Source: Candidatus Omnitrophota bacterium | GTDB lineage: Bacteria; Omnitrophota; Gorgyraeia; Gygaellales; Profunditerraquicolaceae | Length of the DNA: 64,000 nt | Direction of reading: 5' to 3' | Assembly (NCBI GenBank): GCA_043812955.1 | Contig: JBDRLN010000012.1 | Span: 12,749 to 76,748, forward strand | Shown: positions 18,186 through 25,605 of the stretch, piece after piece | Layout of the letters: each line of letters begins with the position of its first letter | Numbering within the stretch: position 1 is the stretch's first letter | Made by a program: the position numbers and the translations under genes | Notes under the pieces: generated by a model | Seen by the model: only the letters and a program-made list of their open reading frames with translations | Told to the model about the DNA's origin: nothing | The model's database searches: none

Positions 18186-18617
18186 TTATAATTTAATTAA
18201 CTCCGGTTTTTGGGCCGCATGTTTATGCTTGTCATCGGCATAAACATGTAATTTAGAAAACATAGCCTCGGCTAAAGCCCCCTTAGGCAGCATTCTTCTT
18301 ACTGCCAATTGGATCACAGTAGCCGGTTTTTTAGCCAACATCTGATCTAATACCACTTCCCGCAAGCCACCCTGGTATCCGGAATACCTGCGGTAGACCT
18401 TCTGCTTCAGTTTTCTTCCGGTCACCTTGATTTTTGCGGCATTAATTACGATCACCGCATCTCCCGTATCAATATGCGGGCTGTAAATAGCCTTATGCTT
18501 ACCCTTCAGTATACTGGCAACTTTACTAGCCAGCCTTCCTAATACCTTACCTTCGGCATCTATCAGGAACCATTTACAGATTATATCTTCTTTCTTGGGA
18601 ATATACGTCTTTTGCAT
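18186..18617 (-). CDS. rplM: 50S ribosomal protein L13
   Basis: KWFLIDAEGKVLGRLAS...KVYRRYSGYQGG; 143 aa. Confidence 0.9.
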   Translation of the reverse strand: MQKTYIPKKEDIICKWFLIDAEGKVLGRLASKVASILKGKHKAIYSPHIDTGDAVIVINAAKIKVTGRKLKQKVYRRYSGYQGGLREVVLDQMLAKKPATVIQLAVRRMLPKGALAEAMFSKLHVYADDKHKHAAQKPELIKL

Positions 18618-18624
18618 AGTTTAT

Positions 18625-18652
18625 AAAATATAGCACAATTCCAGATTATGTC
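18625..18652 (-). promoter_or_regulatory. near-consensus sigma70-type promoter for rplM-rpsI (TTGACA, 16-nt spacer, TATATT)
   Basis: Minus strand: TTGACATAATCTGGAATTGTGCTATATTTTATAAACTATG. Confidence 0.55.
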
Positions 18653-18673
18653 AAATATTTTTTTAAAATAATA

Positions 18674-18727
18674 GGGGACGTTTCTATTTTTCTGTTTATC
18701 TAAATATTGAAAAATAGAAACGTCCCC
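18674..18727. repeat. 54-bp perfect hairpin (GGGGACGTTTCTATTTTTC / 16-nt loop / GAAAAATAGAAACGTCCCC), copy A, 3' of the transporter gene; terminator-like on the minus strand
   Basis: Identical to copy B at 19904-19957; the two copies bracket the 18746..19894 gene. Confidence 0.8.
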
Positions 18728-18745
18728 TATTCGTCCCCTGTTAAC

Positions 18746-19894
18746 CTAGTTTATCTTATTGATCAGGAACAGGCACAAAAAACTAGTCACCGCGGAAAAT
18801 ACAATAAGCCATTGTAATCCTACGATGGGCAAAAGAAAAGCCCCGGAGAGATTGCTGGCGATCATAGCCAGATTGCTTATGCTGCACAAAAATGCAAATG
18901 AGGTTGCCTCTAATCCGGAAATTGTGTTTCTAGCCATAAAATCCATAACCATCAAAAATATAAACATCCCGATAAAATTATAGATAATATCATAAATAAC
19001 CGCGCTAACCGGCACATAATAAAGATAACTTAAAGTAGTAAACGCGCCCAGAAAAACGGAAAAATAAAGCCATTTGCGCATATTTATCTTCTGACTGAAT
19101 TTATAATACAATAATGACCCGATAATCCCGAAAACTGTACCTATAGTGCCTAACGTGCCGATCCAGACCTTATTCCACTTAAAAATATCTCTCTGGATAA
19201 AAAAAAGCGGAGTGCCGAAAGACGGCGAGAATTTGTAAAGAAAGATAAATAGGCCTACGATCATCAATTGTTTATGGCTGAATAATTTCTTTAAATCAGA
19301 AGAAAGCGTATTTTTAGAAGACGCCAGAACTGCGCGGTCCTCTCGGTAAAAAAAATTGATGATCCCGGCTAAAGCGTAAAATGGCAGTAAACAGAAGAAG
19401 GCTCTACGATAATCCCATCTCTGGGCAATATAACCGCCGCCTATGCCGGTGATTAGACCGGCTATTAATATAGAAACCCACTGGATGCTCTGGATCTTTC
19501 CGGTAATGCTTAATTTTTTTCCTTCCACGCACATTATCCCGTCAACAGATACATCCCTGAAAGCGGAATTCGTGGAACTTAAGACTAATAAAATAACTAA
19601 AGGAAGAATTGGCAAGGCAATAAGCCCTATGACCATAACCACAATTATATCCAAGCTCAATGAGATGAAAATCCAAACCTTTTTATTGAAAAACCTATCT
19701 ATTATATAACCTATTAATGGCTTAATCAGCCAGGCAGAAATCGTAACGCTGCTTAAGACCATTATTTTCTGGGGAGAAAAACCCAAGGTTTCTTTTAAAT
19801 AATAGAATATGCCCTGGGAAGGAAGGCCTTCAAATCCCTGGATAAAATAAACAATGCTGCTTAGGGCGTAGATAGAGAATATTTTTTTATTCAT
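18746..19894 (-). CDS. folate-biopterin transporter (FBT/BT1) family MFS permease
   Basis: N-terminal VYFIQGFEGLPSQGIFYYLKETLGFSP matches the FBT-family signature; ~12 predicted TM helices; 382 aa. Confidence 0.65.
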   Translation of the reverse strand: MNKKIFSIYALSSIVYFIQGFEGLPSQGIFYYLKETLGFSPQKIMVLSSVTISAWLIKPLIGYIIDRFFNKKVWIFISLSLDIIVVMVIGLIALPILPLVILLVLSSTNSAFRDVSVDGIMCVEGKKLSITGKIQSIQWVSILIAGLITGIGGGYIAQRWDYRRAFFCLLPFYALAGIINFFYREDRAVLASSKNTLSSDLKKLFSHKQLMIVGLFIFLYKFSPSFGTPLFFIQRDIFKWNKVWIGTLGTIGTVFGIIGSLLYYKFSQKINMRKWLYFSVFLGAFTTLSYLYYVPVSAVIYDIIYNFIGMFIFLMVMDFMARNTISGLEATSFAFLCSISNLAMIASNLSGAFLLPIVGLQWLIVFSAVTSFLCLFLINKIN

Positions 19895-19903
19895 AAATAA
19901 ATG

Positions 19904-19957
19904 GGGGACGTTTCTATTTTTCTGTTTATCTAAATATTGAAAAATAGAAACGTCCCC
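19904..19957. repeat. 54-bp perfect hairpin, copy B, between the secG stop and the transporter start (9 nt upstream of its ATG)
   Basis: Sequence identical to 18674-18727. Confidence 0.8.
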
Positions 19958-19962
19958 TAGTT

Positions 19963-20295
19963 TTACGGCTTTATTGGAGCTGCTCCGGTTTGGTTGGAAA
20001 CAACTGCCGCAGCAGTTACGTTTTCAACTGCTGCCGGCTTTTCCGCCTTGACATCCCGCATTAAAGAGCGGCTCTGCCTTAAAGATAAAAACGCCAGGCT
20101 CAGACAGGTAATAAAAAACAGGACTGAAAGAACCGTAGTTGTCTTGGTAAGAAAAGCGTTAGTTTTAGTCCCCAGCATTGATTCAATACCGGAGAAATTC
20201 TCCACCAGCCCGCCACCCCTGCCGGACTGAATCAGAATAATAGTAATTAAAAGCGCGCAGATAATAATATGAATAACTATAACTAACCCCATCAT
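19963..20295 (-). CDS. secG: preprotein translocase subunit SecG
   Basis: Two TM helices with the SecG motif LIQSGRGGGL...LTKTTTVLSVLFF; 110 aa. Confidence 0.75.
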   Translation of the reverse strand: MMGLVIVIHIIICALLITIILIQSGRGGGLVENFSGIESMLGTKTNAFLTKTTTVLSVLFFITCLSLAFLSLRQSRSLMRDVKAEKPAAVENVTAAAVVSNQTGAAPIKP

Positions 20296-21068
20296 TTTTT
20301 CCTCACTTGGTTTGCTTTTTTGACTAAATCGCTAAAAGAATCAACCTTAAGGCTGGCCCCTCCTACCAAGGCGCCGTCAATATCCGGCTGATTCATTAAT
20401 TCTATGATATTATCCGGTTTTACGCTACCACCATACTGGATCCGCAACCCAGCGGCAGTATCCTGACTATACATCTTAGCCAGTAACTTACGTATATACC
20501 CATGCACCTCCTGGGCCTGGACAGGAGACGCGGTTTTTCCTGTTCCAATCGCCCAAACTGGCTCATAGGCAATAATCACATTTAAAACATCTTCGGCATT
20601 AATATCTTTTAGCCCATTTAAGACATGGTCATCTATTACCATAAAAGTCTCATTCTTTTCCCTCTGGGCTAAAGTCTCGCCAACGCACATGATTGGCTTA
20701 AGCCCGGAATTTATTGCTGCCTTAACCTTCTTATTCACCGTTTCATTGCTCTCCGAGAAATATTGCCTGCGTTCAGAATGCCCGATAATCACGAAATCGC
20801 AACCTATATCTTTCAACATCTTAGGCGATACTTCTCCGGTAAATGCCCCTTCTTCCTGCCAATATAAATCCTGACCGCCTAATTGAATATTGGATTCAGA
20901 GATAATTTCAGCTACCTCGCTTAAAGCGGTATAAGGCGGACACAATACAATCTCAATGGCCTCTTTATCCAAATTAAACAACTCCCTTTTTAAACCATTT
21001 GATAATTCAATGGCCTCAGGGATAGTTTTATACATCTTCCAGTTTCCAGCTATAATTGTTTTACGCAT
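20292..21068 (-). CDS. tpiA: triosephosphate isomerase
   Basis: IIAGNWKM, IIGHSERR, AYEPVWAIGTG motifs; 258 aa. Confidence 0.95.
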   Translation of the reverse strand: MRKTIIAGNWKMYKTIPEAIELSNGLKRELFNLDKEAIEIVLCPPYTALSEVAEIISESNIQLGGQDLYWQEEGAFTGEVSPKMLKDIGCDFVIIGHSERRQYFSESNETVNKKVKAAINSGLKPIMCVGETLAQREKNETFMVIDDHVLNGLKDINAEDVLNVIIAYEPVWAIGTGKTASPVQAQEVHGYIRKLLAKMYSQDTAAGLRIQYGGSVKPDNIIELMNQPDIDGALVGGASLKVDSFSDLVKKANQVRKK

Positions 21069-21069
21069 C

Positions 21070-22251
21070 TTATTTATCAGTTAAGGCAGCAATACCGGGA
21101 AGAATCTTCCCCTCTAAAAACTCCAGGCTCGCGCCGCCTCCGGTTGATATATGGGTCATTTTATCCTGCAGCTTAAATTTAGCTACAGCCGCAGCCGTAT
21201 CTCCTCCGCCGATTATAGTAGTTGCTTTGAGCGTGCTTAGGAATTTTGCCAGCTCAAAAGTCCCCTGGCTAAACGGCTCCATCTCAAATATGCCCAGCGG
21301 GCCATTCCAAACAACTGTCTTGGCCAATTTTAATTTCTTTTCAAACAACAAGATCGACTTTGGGCCGATATCCACAGCTATTTTACCATCGGGAATATTC
21401 TCTCCCACAATCTCGGTTTTAGCATTTAGGTCAATAGTATCCACAACCAGATGATCTATAGGCAAAATAATTTCCTTATTTAAAGCTTTAGCTTTATCCA
21501 AGATACTCTTAGCTAAATCTATTTTATCTTTTTCTAATTTAGAATTACCGATTGATTTTCCCAAAGCCTTGAGAAAAGTATAGCTCATGCCTCCGCCGAT
21601 TATAATAGCAGCACATTTGGGAAGCAGGTTTTCAATCACGCCTATTTTATCCGAAACCTTAGCCCCGCCTAAAATTACCACAAATGGTTTTTCAGGGTTA
21701 GAAACTACGCCGCCTAAATAGCGGATCTCTTTTTCCAGAAGAAAACCGGCAGCGGACTTTAAATACTTAGTTACTCCTTCGGTTGAGGCGTGGGCCCGGT
21801 GGGCAGTGCCAAAAGCGTCATTCACAAAAACCTCAGCTAAAGAAGCCAGCTGGATAGCAAACGCAGGATCATCAGCCTCTTCTTCTGGATGATACCTTAA
21901 ATTCTCTAAAAGTATTACTCTTTCCGGACAAGAAGCAATCTCTGCCTTGACCTTATCCCCAACACAATCATCCAAGAATTTCACCGGCTCTGCCAATAGC
22001 TCTTTTAACCTTAAAGCTACAGGCTGAAGGCTATACTTATCCACCCTTTTTCCATCCGGCCGGCCTAAATGGCTGATTAAGATAAGCTTCTTAACCGAGG
22101 CCTGTAAAATATATTTTATTGTAGCCAGGGTCTCCCTTATCCTAGTATCATCGGTAATATTAAGCAAATCATCCAGGGGCACATTAAAATCCGCCCGCAT
22201 TAAAACTGTTTTATCTTTAAAGTCAATATCTTTTACGGTTAATTTATCCAT
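21070..22251 (-). CDS. pgk: phosphoglycerate kinase
   Basis: RADFNVP, SHLGRP and Pgk hinge/ATP motifs; 393 aa. Confidence 0.95.
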   Translation of the reverse strand: MDKLTVKDIDFKDKTVLMRADFNVPLDDLLNITDDTRIRETLATIKYILQASVKKLILISHLGRPDGKRVDKYSLQPVALRLKELLAEPVKFLDDCVGDKVKAEIASCPERVILLENLRYHPEEEADDPAFAIQLASLAEVFVNDAFGTAHRAHASTEGVTKYLKSAAGFLLEKEIRYLGGVVSNPEKPFVVILGGAKVSDKIGVIENLLPKCAAIIIGGGMSYTFLKALGKSIGNSKLEKDKIDLAKSILDKAKALNKEIILPIDHLVVDTIDLNAKTEIVGENIPDGKIAVDIGPKSILLFEKKLKLAKTVVWNGPLGIFEMEPFSQGTFELAKFLSTLKATTIIGGGDTAAAVAKFKLQDKMTHISTGGGASLEFLEGKILPGIAALTDK

Positions 22252-22275
22252 GATCCATGTCTGCGCATACCCGTT

Positions 22276-22382
22276 TCCACCCTACCCATTCCACCCCGTA
22301 GGTGGGCTCCACCCCGTAGGTGGGCTCCACCTACGGGGTGGACATGAAGGTTTAATATAGCCTAATTTAGCTTATTTGTCAA
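22276..22382 (-). promoter_or_regulatory. pgk promoter region: consensus promoter (TTGACA-17-TATATT) followed by three tandem 15-bp sites CCACCCCGTAGGTGG separated by GCT (third copy inverted); putative repressor operator array
   Basis: Sites at 22291-22305, 22309-22323 and 22327-22341 with a degenerate fourth upstream. The same motif occurs at 55600-55632 (gap) and 63695-63727 (DegT unit). Confidence 0.6.
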
Positions 22383-24662
22383 AGAAATTTTCTTAAAAGA
22401 AATAAGTAAAACTAGACTGCTCAGCTTCAATATTACTACTATCATACAAGTATTGAATAGCCCTAATATAGGTAAGAATATTACCCCGGTTAATATACCT
22501 GCCAGCCAACTTCCGGCTAGATCGGCAAAATATAGCGCCCCTGTCGCCTTACCTATATTACCATCTCCTTTAAGGTACAACTTAGCAGCCAAAGGAAATT
22601 CCATACCACAAAGCAGGCCGGATAATAAAAATAAGGATAAATAAATCCAATAATTATAGCGGGAATCCCGGATTATTTCCTGAGCCATAAACCAGGCTAA
22701 AAATAAGGAAAACAGGATAATTGCGGCTTCCAAACCCCAAAATGGCTTAAAACTATCCTTGATCTTTTTTAGCCCAGCAGTAATCAGCAGGCTTCCCGCG
22801 GCAATACCAGCCATAAACACACTGATAAGCAACCCTAGGGCATGATATACAAACCCATAATTAATCTGAAAACTAAAAATTAAAACTAAACTTATAAGCA
22901 TACTGGAGAATCCGGTCGTAGCTATACTATAGACAACAGCTGATTTCAAACAACCATCCCCTCTGGCTTTTAATAAATAAAATAGGATTATAGATATTAA
23001 TATAATTAATAATAACAAATGCTCTATTCTTAAACCATCAAAAAGGCCTAAAACGTATGCCCCCCGGGAAGAAAACTGTTTATTCCAAAAGATCAGCATC
23101 TCAAATACGGCAATAGGGGCTAAATCGCGGTTAATCCTAAAAGTCGCGCCAACAGAAGAATCTTTAAACCACTTAACCCAAACAGGATCAAGCCTATAAT
23201 CCAGATATCGCGGCAAAAGGAGATTAGTGAAGATATTTTGCTGGCTTAACTTATTAGAAATAACCTGGGAATCAACTTTTAAGATATCCGCTGAATCCGA
23301 GGCTAAATATATATTATAATCGCCAGGGATTATCCTGACATAGGAATAAGACTTATTAGCCGCGTTTAATATCGAATAATTGAGGTCCCTTAATTCCCGG
23401 CTCAAATAAGTTAAAGAACCGGGAAGGCTAAATCCCAGAATGCCCCCGGAATTAAGATGTTTCCGGCAAAGCTTAAAGAATTCATAGCTCAGATGTCGAT
23501 TTATGGATAAATCCAAAGGTTGGGAAAATCCGATTAAAATAACATCATACTTATTTTTACTATTCTTAAGAAAGAACGAGCTATCCTGATTAATAACCTC
23601 AACCCGGCTATCACCCAGTTCTTTCCGGGTTAAATCTGACGGGTATTTATTCAACATATCTATTAGCACTGGATCAAGCTCAACATAATCAATTTTCCTC
23701 ACCCCATGCTTTAGGATCTCATTGATCACTCCTCCCGCTCCGCCGCCTATAACCAGGATATCTTTAGGGCTCTTATTAAATAATAAAGGCAGATTAGCGA
23801 ATTCTTCGCTAAAGGCTATATCCGCAAAAGGAGTGGTAATTATAGGGATGCCGTTATAAAAAAAGGTAATTTGTCCCTGCCGCTCCAGGACTACGATATT
23901 ACCATATACTGAATTACGATAATCCAAAACCTTGCCTATACTCCATTGTTTCTTTAAAGAATTATTCTGCAGATAACTCGGGGATATAAAAAAGAATAAA
24001 GACGCGCCAATCAACAATATGAAAACCAGTAAATATCTTAATCTGGTATTGCTCAAGCTCCTAACTAAGACTATACAGACAAAAATATTTATGATTGAAA
24101 CCAGTAAAACCGCCTGGAATGAATTTAAATATGGTATTAATAAATAGGTCAGGATTATACCTCCGCTAACTGTACCGATAGTCTCCCAGGCATAAACTTT
24201 ACCTAAAATAACCGATGAATCTCTTTTGGTATAGGCGGAGATGATCTTGGGGCTTAAGCCGAATAATCCACCGTGGATAAAAGCCAGCGGAAAGATTACT
24301 AATAATGAAGACCAAAATACTATTGCTAAACTTATTGTCTCACCGAAAGGTAAACCAAAATAGAACTTAAATGTACGGGATAAATAGATGGACGCCGGCA
24401 GGAATAAAGAAAATAAAAGGTTTAAGATTATAAATACGGCTTGGGGATTCCGGAATTTATAAACTATCCTGCCGATAAGAAAAACGCCCAGGCCTTCAGC
24501 TAAAAGCCAGTTGCCTAAGATTATTCCTAAGATAAGCTCGTTTCCATAAAAACTAACCAACAACTCCCTTAAAATAAATACCTGGGCAATTATGCCGCTT
24601 AATCCTACCAACCCAATTGTGAAAAATAAAAAAATAGTCATTTTAATAAAAAAACCCGCCAA
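22362..24662 (-). CDS. spermidine/spermine synthase-family (aminopropyltransferase) domain flanked by N- and C-terminal multi-pass membrane domains
   Basis: Central VIGGGAGGVINEILKHGVRKIDYVELDP...SGGILGF matches the PABS-type methyltransferase fold; >14 hydrophobic helices on both sides; 766 aa. Confidence 0.6.
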   Translation of the reverse strand: MAGFFIKMTIFLFFTIGLVGLSGIIAQVFILRELLVSFYGNELILGIILGNWLLAEGLGVFLIGRIVYKFRNPQAVFIILNLLFSLFLPASIYLSRTFKFYFGLPFGETISLAIVFWSSLLVIFPLAFIHGGLFGLSPKIISAYTKRDSSVILGKVYAWETIGTVSGGIILTYLLIPYLNSFQAVLLVSIINIFVCIVLVRSLSNTRLRYLLVFILLIGASLFFFISPSYLQNNSLKKQWSIGKVLDYRNSVYGNIVVLERQGQITFFYNGIPIITTPFADIAFSEEFANLPLLFNKSPKDILVIGGGAGGVINEILKHGVRKIDYVELDPVLIDMLNKYPSDLTRKELGDSRVEVINQDSSFFLKNSKNKYDVILIGFSQPLDLSINRHLSYEFFKLCRKHLNSGGILGFSLPGSLTYLSRELRDLNYSILNAANKSYSYVRIIPGDYNIYLASDSADILKVDSQVISNKLSQQNIFTNLLLPRYLDYRLDPVWVKWFKDSSVGATFRINRDLAPIAVFEMLIFWNKQFSSRGAYVLGLFDGLRIEHLLLLIILISIILFYLLKARGDGCLKSAVVYSIATTGFSSMLISLVLIFSFQINYGFVYHALGLLISVFMAGIAAGSLLITAGLKKIKDSFKPFWGLEAAIILFSLFLAWFMAQEIIRDSRYNYWIYLSLFLLSGLLCGMEFPLAAKLYLKGDGNIGKATGALYFADLAGSWLAGILTGVIFLPILGLFNTCMIVVILKLSSLVLLISFKKISLTNKLN

Positions 24663-24699
24663 TGTTTGATGGCGGGCCTTTTATCATATGTTGTTATAT

Positions 24700-24834
<135 letters not shown>

Positions 24835-24904
24835 TTACCGTCCAGTTATGGTTATTTAACCATTTTTGGCCTTATACCGATTTGGTACACGTTCAGATAT
24901 GTAT

Positions 24905-24932
24905 ATTATATGATTATCATCCCCTCTGTCAA
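24905..24932 (-). promoter_or_regulatory. near-consensus sigma70-type promoter (TTGACA, 16-nt spacer, TATAAT) directed towards the 22362..24662 gene
   Basis: Minus strand: TTGACAGAGGGGATGATAATCATATAATATAC. Confidence 0.45.
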
Positions 24933-25110
24933 CAACAGAAATAGAAATTGCTTTATGCTTTCTTCGTAAAAGCTATAATAGTTGGCTCTACATTCAATCT
25001 ATCTGACAGCCAATGCTCAATAACAGCTAAAGGGATTTCGTTAATGGTGTCGGCACTGGTTATTTTCTTAATTCTTTTCCGATAAACCCTGTGTTTTTGT
25101 TTCTGGGGAA

Positions 25111-25482
25111 TTACTTCGCACTGTTATCCGCGCCTATCTTAACATCTGTTTCTCTTTTTATCTTTTCGCAATAATAGACGTCTTCGGAAACGTCAATATT
25201 ATTATTGTGCCCCTGTTCTTTTAACTTAAAAATGGCATCTGAAAGATAAGATTCTGCGGTGGCATAAGATTCTTTCGCTTGGAATGGCGTTGAAGAACAT
25301 TCTGCCTTGTCTAGCCAATCTATGGCTTTTCTATAGCTCACATTCGCCTCTGCCAGCTTGGGATTATGAGATAGTTCTCTGCGGTATGGTGTCCCACACG
25401 TAGCACAAGAGCTAAGTGCAATAACGACAATTCCTAAAACCAAGATACTAAATCCTCTGATATATTTCTTCATCACATTCAC
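25111..25482 (-). CDS. hypothetical lipoprotein (signal peptide + lipobox LSSC)
   Basis: MKKYIRGFSILVLGIVVIALSSCAT... N-terminus; no domain recognised. Confidence 0.55.
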   Translation of the reverse strand: MNVMKKYIRGFSILVLGIVVIALSSCATCGTPYRRELSHNPKLAEANVSYRKAIDWLDKAECSSTPFQAKESYATAESYLSDAIFKLKEQGHNNNIDVSEDVYYCEKIKRETDVKIGADNSAK

Positions 25483-25485
25483 CTC

Positions 25486-25505
25486 CCTGCCTGCCGGCAG
25501 GCAGG
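25486..25505. repeat. perfect 20-bp palindrome CCTGCCTGCCGGCAGGCAGG immediately upstream of the lipoprotein SD
   Basis: Minus strand reads CCTGCCTGCCGGCAGGCAGGGAGGTGAATGTGATG. Confidence 0.7.
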
Positions 25506-25519
25506 CTTTACACCGTTTT

Positions 25520-25605
25520 GGGGCTGGTCATCAACAACTAAAATTACTGATTTGTCTTTGATCCTCTACCTCTTTTGAGTTTGACTTTTCAACATATTAG
25601 GGGTG
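25520..25605 (-). pseudogene. ~85-bp duplicated segment: 5' UTR + first 18 codons of the receiver gene at 31703-31790 (ATG mutated to ATC); forms the C-terminal tail of the glgP fusion ORF
   Basis: ggctggtcatcaacaactaaaattactgatttgtctttgatcctctacctcttttgagtttgacttttcaacatattag against 31703-31788: only two mismatches over 82 nt. Confidence 0.7.

Noticed and set aside
18674-19957. Transposon or IS element carrying the transporter
   Set aside because: No transposase, integrase or terminal inverted repeats with target-site duplication. The flanking repeats are direct copies of a hairpin, better described as a duplicated terminator or cassette boundary.
19895-19962. THF (folate) riboswitch upstream of the folate-biopterin transporter
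   Set aside because: The leader is only ~68 nt and consists almost entirely of one perfect hairpin. It lacks the multi-stem, pseudoknotted THF aptamer architecture.
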